From Candidatus Krumholzibacteriia bacterium (GTDB taxonomy: Bacteria > Krumholzibacteriota > Krumholzibacteriia > G020349025), in assembly GCA_035649275.1 (NCBI GenBank), contig DASRJW010000024.1:3759-67758 (forward strand): a stretch of 64,000 bases of DNA, read 5' to 3'. The translations under genes and the position numbers were made by a program. Under the pieces are notes generated by a model, which searched no databases, was not told the DNA's origin, and saw only the letters and a list, made by a program, of their open reading frames with translations. The number at the start of each line of letters is the position of its first letter. Positions within the stretch are counted from its first letter, which is position 1. Shown piece after piece: positions 43,988 through 53,469 of this stretch.

Positions 43988-46693
43988 CTAAGGTTTGCGT
44001 GTCGTATCCGGCGGGGTGGGTGCCGGTGCGGGCGGAGGCGGCAGGATCCCCTTCACCGCCTCCTGGAGTGAGCGTCCGAGCTTCTTCTTCGCTTCCTCGG
44101 TCGCCACGTTGCCGAGGAGCCGCTGGATCTGCTGCGCCCCCAACGCCTGCAGACCGGTGCGCCGCGCCGTGGCCTGCAGATCCGGTCGCACCTTCGGAGC
44201 GCGGAGCGTGCCATCGATGTCGAAGTCGAGCACGAGGCGGCCGGCGCTATCGGTGAACAGCGAGCCCAGGCCTCGCGTCGCGGGCGCCCGCAACGCCTGC
44301 TGGGTGAGGGCCGAGGAGAGCTGCACGCCGAGGGCGAGATCGAGCCCGCCATCGAGGCCGATCTTCCCCTCGACTGTCGCATCGGCATCGTTGCCCTGCA
44401 GCTTCAGTGAAGGCAGCTTGACCTGTCCCGACTCGACGGCGAAGGAGAAGCCGACCTGGCGGTAACTCAAGTTGGACAGGCTCGGCAAGCCGAGGACGGC
44501 GCCGAGCTGTTTGAGGATCGGAAGTTCCTTGAAGCGGCCGTTCACCGCCAGGCCTTGCCCCTTGCCGGTCAACTGTTGGCGCATCGCTGCCGCACCAGCG
44601 CCAGTGACATTCCAGGACGAAGTGCCGTCCAAGGTTCCTTCCACCAGGCTGCCAGCGCGGAAAAAGTCTTCGAGCAGTCCACCGAGCTGCACCTTGTCCA
44701 TCTCGACGACGAGCTCCTGCCGCGGTGCTGCGGGGGTGGCGAGATCCACCTTCATGCTGCCGCCGAGTTTGCCGTCGTACGTCTGGGCGGTGAGATTCGG
44801 CAGCTCCAGCGTCGTGCCATCGAGGTGCAGATCGCTCTGCAGTGCAGCAGCACGGATCTTGTTGAGCCGGCCGCTCTTCGCCTGCAAGTGGCCGCGGGCC
44901 CGTGCCGGCGTGCCGGCGAGCTCGGCCTGGCAATCTTCGAGGAGGAAATTGTCGCGCTCGAGCCGGGCGGCGCGGAGTGTGAGGTGGAAATCTTGAGCTT
45001 CGCTCTTCCATTGCAGGCGGGCGTCGCGGAGGGCAGTGCGTTGCGCCTGCACCACGCCGGCTTCGAGGTCGAGCTCGAGATCGAGAGGTGGCAGCGGCGG
45101 AAGCAGCGTCTTGGCGCTTCCCGTCCCCTTGCCGCGGGTGGCGGCGGCCGTGTCGGTGCCAGTGGCCGTTGCAGGGAGCAGAGCATCCAAGTCGAGCGCC
45201 GCGGCTCGACCGCGCAAGGCGATCCGCGGCCGCTTGGGCGGCAGCGCCGGCTGTACCGTGCCGGAGCCGGCGAGGCGCGCCTCGCCGCAGGCGAGGTTCA
45301 GTTTTTCCACCTGGATCGTGGCGCCCGCGCCCACGAGCCGCGCTTGGAGCTCGAGCGGCTGCCGAAGCTGGGGCGTTTGGATCCGCACGCCTTCGAGCGC
45401 TAGCGGGCCGTGGAGGGAGGGCAGGGACTTGCCGGCCAGCCTACCTTCGAGGCGCGCGTCGGCTTGCAGCGTCCCCTCGAGGCGGTATGGCGGCGGCTTG
45501 GGCGCGAAGGTCGCGGCCACTGCGGCGAGCGTTGCGAGATCGAGCCGGGTACGCAGTTGTACGGAGTACGCGGCGTTCTCTGGGGCGAAGAGCGAGACGA
45601 TTTCACCCTGAAGACTTAGGGGCGCCTCGCCGATCCGGGCTTCGAGATGTTGGATCTGCAGCGAATCGCCGTGCAGCTTCGCTGTGAGCTCCAGGTCGCT
45701 GATGGAGGCCGGCCACTCTCGCGACTGCAGCCGGCCGCCGGCGAGGGCGAGATCACCCTCGAGGTGTGGCTTGCCCGTTCCCGGAGCATCGAGACGGAGG
45801 TCGATCCGGGCGCGACCTGATGCCTCCACCCCGGCCAGGCGCGGCAGCCGTTCCTTGGGCAAGAGCTCGAGGATCTCGGCCAGCTCGAACTCCTGGGAAC
45901 GCGTGCGCAAGTGCAGCTCTGGTTTGCGATCGTGGAGCGCCGCTTCACCTTCCAGCTGCAAGACGAAGTCCTGGAGGCGAAGGCGCAAGCTGTCGATGTG
46001 GGCGCTCGAAGCCCCGAGGTCGGCGCGCAGCACCGGTTCAAGCCGCACGGTGAGCGCGGGGAACTCACCGAGGGGACCGCGGGCCCGGAGTGCCGGGCTC
46101 TCGATCCAGCCCTGGAGACGGAGGTCGTGAAGGTTGCGGTCCAGGCCCATGGCGAGCTCAGCGGCGAGCGGCCCCTGTAACTCGAAGCCACTTTGCGCGC
46201 TCCGCAGCTCCAGGGCACCGTCTCGCAACAAGAGCTTGCGGATCTGCAACGCCATCGGCGTCCCCGCCTTGGCCGGTGCTGCCGGTGCGCTCGGCGTGCC
46301 GGGGGCACGATCGGTGGCGAAGTTCCACTGCCCCTGCTCATCCTGTTCCAAGAAGAGACGCAGTCCGTCGAGCACGAGGGACCTCACCTCGAGCTGGCGG
46401 CGGAGGAGCGCCAGGAAGCCGAGCTCGAGCTGCATGGCGTCGAGCTCGACCACATGCGGCGAGGCGAAACCGGGTCGCGCCCCGATGCGCACGGCCTCGA
46501 GGCGGGCAGCGAGCGGCATCAGGTCGAGCCGGGCACTGCCGATCTCCACCGGCCGTCCCAGTGCTGCTTCGAGACGAGGCTCGGCGAGGGCGAGCAGGCG
46601 CTCCGGAGGGAAGGCCGCGCGCAACCCGAGGAAGAGGGCGACGAGCGCGAGCACGAGGACGGCAGGGATGATGAGGAGGCGCTTCCTTCTCAT
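43988..46693 (-). CDS. asmA: AsmA-family outer-membrane biogenesis protein
   Basis: N-terminal membrane anchor MRRKRLLIIPAVLVLALVALFL, then a long repetitive beta-rich region. 901 aa. Confidence 0.65.
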   Translation of the reverse strand: MRRKRLLIIPAVLVLALVALFLGLRAAFPPERLLALAEPRLEAALGRPVEIGSARLDLMPLAARLEAVRIGARPGFASPHVVELDAMQLELGFLALLRRQLEVRSLVLDGLRLFLEQDEQGQWNFATDRAPGTPSAPAAPAKAGTPMALQIRKLLLRDGALELRSAQSGFELQGPLAAELAMGLDRNLHDLRLQGWIESPALRARGPLGEFPALTVRLEPVLRADLGASSAHIDSLRLRLQDFVLQLEGEAALHDRKPELHLRTRSQEFELAEILELLPKERLPRLAGVEASGRARIDLRLDAPGTGKPHLEGDLALAGGRLQSREWPASISDLELTAKLHGDSLQIQHLEARIGEAPLSLQGEIVSLFAPENAAYSVQLRTRLDLATLAAVAATFAPKPPPYRLEGTLQADARLEGRLAGKSLPSLHGPLALEGVRIQTPQLRQPLELQARLVGAGATIQVEKLNLACGEARLAGSGTVQPALPPKRPRIALRGRAAALDLDALLPATATGTDTAAATRGKGTGSAKTLLPPLPPLDLELDLEAGVVQAQRTALRDARLQWKSEAQDFHLTLRAARLERDNFLLEDCQAELAGTPARARGHLQAKSGRLNKIRAAALQSDLHLDGTTLELPNLTAQTYDGKLGGSMKVDLATPAAPRQELVVEMDKVQLGGLLEDFFRAGSLVEGTLDGTSSWNVTGAGAAAMRQQLTGKGQGLAVNGRFKELPILKQLGAVLGLPSLSNLSYRQVGFSFAVESGQVKLPSLKLQGNDADATVEGKIGLDGGLDLALGVQLSSALTQQALRAPATRGLGSLFTDSAGRLVLDFDIDGTLRAPKVRPDLQATARRTGLQALGAQQIQRLLGNVATEEAKKKLGRSLQEAVKGILPPPPAPAPTPPDTTRKP

Positions 46694-47184
46694 GGTGTGG
46701 GCCTCACCTGCGCCAGAGCCAGTCGCACCGCAGCCGCGGGCTCGCTGGCTTCGAGGATCGTGGCGGCCTCGCCGTCGGCCCGTCCGGCCTTCCAGGTCCC
46801 GAGGCCGACGACCGGGCGTCCGAGCTTCAAGGCCATACCGATCTCCGAGAGTGTTCCGGCGCCGCCGCCGATGGCGATGACGGCTTCGGCCCCGGCCACG
46901 ACGAGAACATTGCGGGCTTGGCCGAGCCCGGTCGGCAGCGGAATGGCGATCCAGGCGTTGGCGCTCTCGGGGTCATAGTCGGGAAGGAAGCCGAGGGTGA
47001 GGCCGCCGGCCGCGCTGGCGCCGTGGGCCGCCGCTTCCATCACGCCTCCGAGGCCGCCGCAAAGCAGGATGGCGTCGGAGCGCGCGATCTCCGCCCCCAC
47101 ACGGCGGGCTAGATCGAGCTCGGTCTCCGTGGCGAGCGCGGCGCCGATGACGGCGAGGCGCCGCCGGCGGAGCGTCGTGCCCAT
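46690..47184 (-). CDS. TIGR00725/LOG-like Rossmann-fold family protein
   Basis: Family-like segments (AVIGAA, LLCGGLGGVMEAAAHGA, AIGGGAGTLSEIGMALKLGRPVV). 164 aa. Confidence 0.55.
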   Translation of the reverse strand: MGTTLRRRRLAVIGAALATETELDLARRVGAEIARSDAILLCGGLGGVMEAAAHGASAAGGLTLGFLPDYDPESANAWIAIPLPTGLGQARNVLVVAGAEAVIAIGGGAGTLSEIGMALKLGRPVVGLGTWKAGRADGEAATILEASEPAAAVRLALAQVRPTP

Positions 47185-47253
47185 CGCATCACCTCCCGAG
47201 GCAGACGAGTCATCGCGTCCTCATCCACCTCTCGCCTTGCCGGCGGGAGAGTG

Positions 47254-47259
47254 TACAAT
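47254..47259 (+). promoter_or_regulatory. Candidate -10 element (TACAAT) with a downstream AGGAGG RBS for the CBS gene
   Basis: TACAAT at 47254-47259. The AGGAGG SD lies 5 nt before the ATG at 47303. The -35 match is poor. Confidence 0.2.
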
Positions 47260-47302
47260 GACGGGTATGGGGTAGCCTCCACAATCCTCGCCAGGAGGAA
47301 CC

Positions 47303-47767
47303 ATGAAGACCGTGGGTGAAATCATTCGTGATCGGGGAATGCTGTACGTGCGCTCGCAGAGCAGCGTGGCCGAAGCGGCGGAGTTCATGGCCAAGCACCG
47401 CATCGGCGCCGCTCCCGTGCTCGAGGGGGAACGCCTGGTCGGCGTCTTCTCCGAGCGCGACCTGATGACGCGCGTGGTGGTGCCGGGACTCGAGCCGCGG
47501 CAGACGCGCATCGGCGACGTCATGACCCGCGACCTGGTCGTGGCCGCACCGGACGATACCTACGAGCAGGCCGTCGCCAAGATGCTGCAGCGGGGTTGCC
47601 GGCATCTCCCCGTCGTCGCCAGCGAACGCCTGCTCGGCTTCCTGTCGCTGCGCGATCTCTTGCAGGCGGAAATCCAGGAGCAGGCCGACAGCCTGGCCAT
47701 GATGACCCATTACGTGCAGTACTTTCCGCCAGAGGTCGAAGAGCGCTTCCGTAATTCCGTCGCATGA
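47303..47767 (+). CDS. CBS-domain protein
   Basis: Tandem CBS-like repeats (GVFSERDLMTRVV, GFLSLRDLLQAEI). 154 aa. Confidence 0.75.
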   Translation: MKTVGEIIRDRGMLYVRSQSSVAEAAEFMAKHRIGAAPVLEGERLVGVFSERDLMTRVVVPGLEPRQTRIGDVMTRDLVVAAPDDTYEQAVAKMLQRGCRHLPVVASERLLGFLSLRDLLQAEIQEQADSLAMMTHYVQYFPPEVEERFRNSVA

Positions 47768-48981
47768 GGGAGCCGTCGGCCTGGCGCAGCTTTGCCGTCG
47801 ACCTCGGCTGCACGCGCTGCGACCGCTCGTGGCCGCTGTCCCGACCACACAACCTCTGCGAGTGTGGGGCCCCGCTTTCCACCCGCTACGATCTGGCCGC
47901 CGCCGGAGCCTCGCTCGACCGCGAGACTCTCGCCGCTCGTCCCGCCGATCTCTGGCGTTATCGCGAGTTCTTGCCGGTGCAGAGCGTGGCGCATCAGGTG
48001 ACGCTCGGAGAAGGTGGCACGCCGCTCCTCGAGCTGCCGCGTCTGGCGGCGCGGCTCGAGACCGGGGCTCCGAGCCCGCCGCAACTCTTGCTCAAGGACG
48101 AGAGTTTCAATCCCACCAACAGCTTCAAGGCGCGCGGCATGGCGGTGGCGGTGTCCCGGGCCCGCGAGCTCGGCCTCGAGCACCTGGCCGTGCCTTCGGC
48201 GGGGAACGCCGGATCGGCGCTGGCGGCGTACGCAGCCCGGGCGGGACTGCGAGCCACGATCTTCATGCCCCGCGACACCGAACTCCTGTTCGTGGAGGAG
48301 TGTCGCGCCCACGGCGCGCAGGTAGAGCTGGTGGATGGACTCATCCACGATTGCGGCGCCAAGGTCGCGGCGGGGAAGAAGAGCGCGGGTTGGTTCGACG
48401 TCTCCACGCTCAAGGAGCCCTATCGGTTGGAAGGCAAGAAGACGCTGGGCTACGAGCTCGCCGAGCAACTCGACTGGCAGCTGCCGGATCTCATCGTGTA
48501 TCCCACTGGTGGCGGCACCGGTCTCATCGGGATGTGGAAGGCCTTCGCAGAGCTGCGCGAGCTGGGTTGGATCGAGCCACCCCTGCCGCGCCTCTGCAGC
48601 GTGCAAGCTGCCGGCTGCGCCCCCATCGTGCGCGCCTTCCACGCCGGCGCTTTGCGTGCCGAGCCGTGGGAGAATGCACACACCTTCGCTCTCGGCTTGC
48701 GTGTACCCGTGGCGGTGGCGGATTTCCTCATGCTGCGCGCGCTGCGTGAGAGCGCGGGCACGGCGGTGGCGGTGAGCGAGGCCGAAATCGCCGCCGCTGG
48801 ACGCGAGCTCGCCCTGACCGAAGGTGTCTTCGCCTCTCCCGAGGGCGCCGCCACTTGGGCGGCCCTGCGGCAGCTGGCGGCGGCCGGGGCGCTCCGCGAG
48901 CGGCGCCGCATCGTTCTCTTCAACACCGGCGGCTGGACGCGCTACGCCGAAGGCTGGCGTCGCGCCCTGGGTCTCGCCTGA
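47764..48981 (+). CDS. thrC: Threonine synthase
   Basis: PLP-lysine motif KDESFNPTNSFKARG and a Gly-rich loop YPTGGGTGLIGMWKAF. 405 aa. Confidence 0.85.
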   Translation: MREPSAWRSFAVDLGCTRCDRSWPLSRPHNLCECGAPLSTRYDLAAAGASLDRETLAARPADLWRYREFLPVQSVAHQVTLGEGGTPLLELPRLAARLETGAPSPPQLLLKDESFNPTNSFKARGMAVAVSRARELGLEHLAVPSAGNAGSALAAYAARAGLRATIFMPRDTELLFVEECRAHGAQVELVDGLIHDCGAKVAAGKKSAGWFDVSTLKEPYRLEGKKTLGYELAEQLDWQLPDLIVYPTGGGTGLIGMWKAFAELRELGWIEPPLPRLCSVQAAGCAPIVRAFHAGALRAEPWENAHTFALGLRVPVAVADFLMLRALRESAGTAVAVSEAEIAAAGRELALTEGVFASPEGAATWAALRQLAAAGALRERRRIVLFNTGGWTRYAEGWRRALGLA

Positions 48982-48999
48982 GGCGGCCCGGCGGCGTGA

Positions 49000-49983
49000 T
49001 CAGGTGCGGGTGGGGGCACCGGCCAGGGAGGCGCTCAAGACTTGCGCCAGCGCCGGCTCGGTGTGCCCTTTGGCATGCAGATGACGCAGCGTGTCGTGCA
49101 CCAGGGACTCGTCGCACCAGAAGCCCTGGTCCAGCATCCACAAGCTCGCCACCAAGGCTTCGTCCAGGTCGTGCTCGTACTCCGCATGCACCAGGAGACC
49201 GGCATACCAAACGCCGAGCAGCGCCATGGAGAGCAACAAGTGCCAGCCGGCGATCATCCCGGTCGGCGACGCCAGCGCCACGTTGCCCAGCGTACGATGC
49301 TGCAGATAGCTCTCGAGCAGCTGCCGTTCGGCGCGGGAGAGCTGCGGGAAGCTCCAGGCGCGATTCGACCCCGCAGTCCGCGCCAGATCGGCCATCCACT
49401 CGGCGAAGGCAGGCGAACCGGTGCGGGTCACCAAGTGGTTGGTGAGCTGCAAGGCATAGTCCGGTGCCGACGGCAGGTGCTCGCCCTCCAAACCGAGATC
49501 GTCGATCGCCTTCTTGCTCTCCCAGGCTTCGCAGAGAACCTGGAGCTCGCAGGGCGAGCGGCCGCGCCAGCTGCGCAGCGTCTCCTCCACCACGGCCAGG
49601 CGATGCCGGCCCTGGGCGAGGCCGGCGCCGGGATTGTCCCCCGCGGCCGCGAGATCATCCTGCAGGCCGTCGGCGATCCAGTAGAAGTGCCCCCAGGGCA
49701 GTGCCAGATCCGGTGCCAGGCGCACCTCGTGCACATCTTGCAGCGGCACGTGGCGGAGCGGTGCGGTGTCGCCATCCACTTCGACGCTGATCTCGAAGGG
49801 CTGCGTCTGCAACAGTGCTCGCAAGGCTTCACGGCTCGACGGCATGGCTTGCAGGTAAATGCGACGCGGCGTGCGCAGCGCGAACACCGGTTCCAGAGGC
49901 GACAGATCCAGCAGACTGCTGGGGATCCAGCGCACGTGCTGCGCTTCCATCGGCCCGTCGTCCAGGCGCTCGTCCTCTAGCAT
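49000..49983 (-). CDS. Hypothetical protein (327 aa)
   Basis: Clean ORF convergent with thrC (18-nt gap). No family recognised. Confidence 0.45.
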   Translation of the reverse strand: MLEDERLDDGPMEAQHVRWIPSSLLDLSPLEPVFALRTPRRIYLQAMPSSREALRALLQTQPFEISVEVDGDTAPLRHVPLQDVHEVRLAPDLALPWGHFYWIADGLQDDLAAAGDNPGAGLAQGRHRLAVVEETLRSWRGRSPCELQVLCEAWESKKAIDDLGLEGEHLPSAPDYALQLTNHLVTRTGSPAFAEWMADLARTAGSNRAWSFPQLSRAERQLLESYLQHRTLGNVALASPTGMIAGWHLLLSMALLGVWYAGLLVHAEYEHDLDEALVASLWMLDQGFWCDESLVHDTLRHLHAKGHTEPALAQVLSASLAGAPTRT

Positions 49984-50249
49984 CGTTCCGCCTCCGTGGC
50001 TCGAGTCTCGGGCGCGCAGAGCCGCCGCGAAGAGTTCGACTCATGCAAGGCTGGTTCCAGGACGAGGGGTTTCGAGGCCGGGTGAGGCCAGCGAGTCGGT
50101 TCCACCAGCGGGCGCGCTGCGCTAGCCTGGTCCGGACGGCGCGCCGCGAGCGAGCCCGGTCCGGACGCCGCCAGGTCGCGCTGTTGCAGCCGCCACGATC
50201 GCGCGCCGCGGCGTGGCCCCGGGGCGTGGATACCTCGAAACGGAGCGAA

Positions 50250-51578
50250 GTGCCAGAGCCTTCCTCGCGCCTTCGAATTGAGGGCGACGCCTGGATCATC
50301 CGCGGCGCCGCCGGCGTGCGTGGATTCCTGGCGCCGCCGGCGGACAAGTCGCTGGCGCATCGCGCCCTGCTGCTCGCAGCGCTGGCGGATTCGCCGAGCA
50401 CGGTGCGCCACCTCTCCGGTGCGGAAGACGTCGTGCGCACTTTGGAAGCGCTGCACCAGCTCGGAGTCCGCAGCGAGGCCGGGCCGGACGGACTGCGCCT
50501 GCGCGGCGTGGGACTGCGCGGGCTGCGTGCACCGCAAGCGCCGATCGACTGCGGCAACTCGGGGACGACGATGCGACTCCTGTGCGGCCTCCTCGCGGCC
50601 CAGCCGTTTGCCTCGCAACTCTTCGGCGATGCTTCGCTTTCCCGGCGTCCCATGCAGCGTCTGGCCGCGCCGCTCCGCGCCATGGGGGCGAGGGTCCATT
50701 GCCTGGGCGAAGAGGGGCGCCCGCCGCTCCAGATCGAAGCGGCGCCAGAGCTCCGCGGTGGTGTCCACACCATCGCGGTGGACAGCGCCCAGGTGCGGAG
50801 CGCCCTGCTCCTCGCCGGCCTTTACGCCCGTGGTCCGACGCGGCTGCGTCCCGCGGGGCAGGCGCGGGATCACCTGGAACGCATGCTTCGGGCCCTGGGG
50901 GTTCGCCTCGAGGCCGAAGCCGATGGCCTCGTCCTCGAACCAGGGGGCGCATCGTGGTCGGGCTTCGTTTTCGAAGTGCCCGGGGATCTCTCGGCGGCGG
51001 CGTTCTTCGTCGCTGGGGCCATGTCGCCCCGGAGCGGCGAACTGCAGGTCGAGCCTGTAGGGCTCAATCCGGGACGACAGCGCTATCTCGAACTCTTGCA
51101 GGGCGCCGGCGCCCGCCTCGAAACTCGCCCCGGGCCTTCGCGCCTGGGGGAGCCGACCGGAGCCTTCACGGTGCGCGGCCCCTTGCGTTCCGGCATGGAA
51201 TTGGGCGGCGCCGACGTGGTGCGCTGCATCGACGAGATCCCGGCCCTCGTCGCTGCTTGCGCCGCCGCCGGCGTGAGCGCCACCGTGCACGACGCCGGCG
51301 AGCTGCGCCGCAAAGAAAGCGACCGCATCGCCGGCCTGGTGCAGCTGCTGCGCGCCTTCGGTGTCGCCGCCGTCGAACGCCCCGACGGCTTCCACCTCGA
51401 GGCCGGTGCTCGTCTACGCCCGGCGCGGGTTTCTTCCCAGAACGACCATCGCCTCGCCATGGCGGCCGCCATCCTGGCGCTCTCCGCCGACGGCGAGAGT
51501 CGCATCGACACCGTCGACTGCGTGCGCACCTCCTACCCAGATTTCGCCACCGATTTCGCCCGTCTCGCCGACGCCTGA
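50250..51578 (+). CDS. aroA: 3-phosphoshikimate 1-carboxyvinyltransferase (EPSP synthase)
   Basis: EPSP synthase motifs (KSLAHRALLLAALA, CGNSGTTMRLL, SSQNDHRLAMAAAILAL). GTG start chosen near VPEPSSRLRIEG; the upstream 145 in-frame codons of the track ORF are Arg-rich and judged non-coding. Confidence 0.8.
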   Translation: MPEPSSRLRIEGDAWIIRGAAGVRGFLAPPADKSLAHRALLLAALADSPSTVRHLSGAEDVVRTLEALHQLGVRSEAGPDGLRLRGVGLRGLRAPQAPIDCGNSGTTMRLLCGLLAAQPFASQLFGDASLSRRPMQRLAAPLRAMGARVHCLGEEGRPPLQIEAAPELRGGVHTIAVDSAQVRSALLLAGLYARGPTRLRPAGQARDHLERMLRALGVRLEAEADGLVLEPGGASWSGFVFEVPGDLSAAAFFVAGAMSPRSGELQVEPVGLNPGRQRYLELLQGAGARLETRPGPSRLGEPTGAFTVRGPLRSGMELGGADVVRCIDEIPALVAACAAAGVSATVHDAGELRRKESDRIAGLVQLLRAFGVAAVERPDGFHLEAGARLRPARVSSQNDHRLAMAAAILALSADGESRIDTVDCVRTSYPDFATDFARLADA

Positions 51579-51664
51579 CCCCGCCTGTGCGGAAGCCTCC
51601 CCTCCGGGCATGTGCGTTGCTTCCTCATGTCGGCGAATCCTTGCGCGAGAGGTGGAAGGCAGAG

Positions 51665-52576
51665 ATGGAGCGCCGGCACGGCCAGGATGAGCCTCGGGTC
51701 TTCGAGGATCACCGTGACAATCTCACCGTGGACGTGCAGAACGTGCTCATGCAGGAACGCGCTTCGCAGTTGCGCAGCGAAGACAGCCAGGTGGCACTGC
51801 TCTGGAACGTCTTCCGCTCGCTGCAGAACCTCGATCCGCGCCTTTGGCTGCCCCGTCTCGTTCTCCAGGCGCTGGGAGCCAAGAAAAGCAACCCACGCCT
51901 GCGCGGACTGCTGGCACCGAGTCAGCTCGTCGAACCTGTCTTCCATTGGTGGCAGCGGTACGACCTGCCCCCGAGCCGGCACGAGTGGCTCCGCGACCAG
52001 ACGACCCACGGCAACCTCGACCTCGGCCACTATCCCGCCTGCTACGTGCCGGAAAAGAAGGCCGAGGCGTCGCGGCTGCTGCAGGAAGGTCTGTTCCTGG
52101 AAGAACGGGTCGAGGTCCCCCTGGTCATCGAAACTTCGTCTTTCTGGCTCGGGATCCTGGCCGTCTACAAAGGCAACCTGCGCCAGCACAGCCGCTTCGA
52201 TGCCAAGCGCGACGATCTCCTGCGCTTGCTGGACGCTGGGACTCATCAGGCCACGTTGGCAGGGAAGAGATTCCTCGGGCTCGTCCTCTACACCGATGCC
52301 CGCACCTACAACACCGAGACCAAGCGTCTCTTGGATCTCTACCGCAGCCACGGCGACATGCTGGTGTCGCGCTTGCCGCACCGCCAGGACTCCGCGGTGA
52401 TCACCGAAGCGGCCCGGCTCCTCGGCGAATTGCGCTGGCGCGACCTGGGCGGTGTCCTCCTGGACACGAAGGAAGAAGAGCGCATCGGCCTCTTCGATCT
52501 CGCGGTCCTGGACGAGCTGATCAAGTACCTGGCGCGCAAGGACGTCGGCTTCAATCTGCTGCGCCGTCTCAAGTGA
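51665..52576 (+). CDS. Hypothetical protein (304 aa), possibly PD-(D/E)xK-like
   Basis: ATG at 51665 (MERRHGQDEPRVFEDH). Segment VEVPLVIETSSFWLGILAVYKG is a weak nuclease-core resemblance. Confidence 0.45.
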   Translation: MERRHGQDEPRVFEDHRDNLTVDVQNVLMQERASQLRSEDSQVALLWNVFRSLQNLDPRLWLPRLVLQALGAKKSNPRLRGLLAPSQLVEPVFHWWQRYDLPPSRHEWLRDQTTHGNLDLGHYPACYVPEKKAEASRLLQEGLFLEERVEVPLVIETSSFWLGILAVYKGNLRQHSRFDAKRDDLLRLLDAGTHQATLAGKRFLGLVLYTDARTYNTETKRLLDLYRSHGDMLVSRLPHRQDSAVITEAARLLGELRWRDLGGVLLDTKEEERIGLFDLAVLDELIKYLARKDVGFNLLRRLK

Positions 52577-52593
52577 AAACCGCCCCGACTGTC

Positions 52594-52663
52594 GCTGCCG
52601 TTGAGTTCAGCTGCCGTGGATCCTTCCCCGTCGACCGCTGCCGTGGACCCCTGCTGCCGTTGA
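52594..52663. repeat. Four direct copies of GCTGCCGT(T/G)GA at 52594, 52610, 52637 and 52653, flanked by a 9-10 bp inverted repeat (52576-52586 / 52713-52721)
   Basis: Read directly from the 143-bp intergenic region upstream of the FG-GAP gene. The pattern is TTGA/TGGA/TGGA/TTGA with spacings 16/27/16. Confidence 0.6.
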
Positions 52664-52719
52664 CCCCTGGGCGCATCCCTGACTAGACTCGAAAGTCTGC
52701 CTTTCCCGGGGAGGGCGGT

Positions 52720-53469
52720 TTGTTCTGGCGTCGACTGGTTTGGCTCGTCCTGCTGGGGTGCCTCACGCCCACGGCGCTCTATGGCGATTTCCTGACGCCC
52801 CGCGCCGCGGACTTCGCGTCCAAGTACCCGCCGTTGACGATGGTGAACGGCCCGCAACGGCGGCTCCTGTTCGGCAGCTACCGCGGTACGTTGCAACTGT
52901 TCGAGAGCCGCAACGGCAAGCTCGTCGAGGTGAAAACCCGGGAGCTGTGGTCGCCGGTGGTGCGCATCTACGCCGCCGACCTGGACGGCGACGGCCAAGA
53001 TGAAGTGGTGGGATACACGCAGAACGCCCGACTCTTCGTCCTGCGTGGTTCCGATCTGCAGGACATCTGGAACACACCGGAAAAGCGGTTCAACAGCATC
53101 TCTGCCCTCACTCTGGGTGACGTCGACGACGACGGCCAGCTGGAGATCGTCTTCATCGCCGACAACCTCCTGCGCTTCTACACGGCGCTGCAGGACGTGG
53201 AGGAATGGAAGAGCACGATCACCTTCACCAACGCCACCGAGATCGCCATCGGCGATGTGGACGGCGACGGTGGCCTGGACATTGTGCTCAACTCCGGCAT
53301 CGTGCTCGGCGCCGTCTTCCGCGACGTGAAGTGGACGTACACCACCGGGTTCGGCTCTCGCATCGACCTCTACGACATCGATTCCGACGGCAAGCTGGAG
53401 ATCGTGGGCTACGGTGGTGACGGGTTGATGCGAGTCTTCGACGTCGACGAGCGTCGGTTGAAATGGTGA
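52720..53469 (+). CDS. FG-GAP/VCBS-type repeat protein (secreted or membrane-anchored)
   Basis: Four DxDxDG-type repeats (DLDGDGQDEVV, DVDDDGQLEIV, DVDGDGGLDIV, DIDSDGKLEIV). N-terminal hydrophobic segment. TTG start with GGAGGG SD. Confidence 0.65.
   Translation: MFWRRLVWLVLLGCLTPTALYGDFLTPRAADFASKYPPLTMVNGPQRRLLFGSYRGTLQLFESRNGKLVEVKTRELWSPVVRIYAADLDGDGQDEVVGYTQNARLFVLRGSDLQDIWNTPEKRFNSISALTLGDVDDDGQLEIVFIADNLLRFYTALQDVEEWKSTITFTNATEIAIGDVDGDGGLDIVLNSGIVLGAVFRDVKWTYTTGFGSRIDLYDIDSDGKLEIVGYGGDGLMRVFDVDERRLKW

Noticed and set aside
42647-44071. 474-aa ORF antisense to pepP, and the 588-aa extension 42156..43922
   Set aside because: pepP aligns residue-by-residue with E. coli PepP on the minus strand. 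The others are compositional artefacts; only the C-terminal 117 aa of 42156..43922 (the DUF2203-like part) were kept.
49815-50249. 145-codon in-frame N-terminal extension of aroA
   Set aside because: Arg-rich with no similarity to EPSP synthases, which start near the KSLAHRA motif. An internal GTG at 50250 fits the family length.
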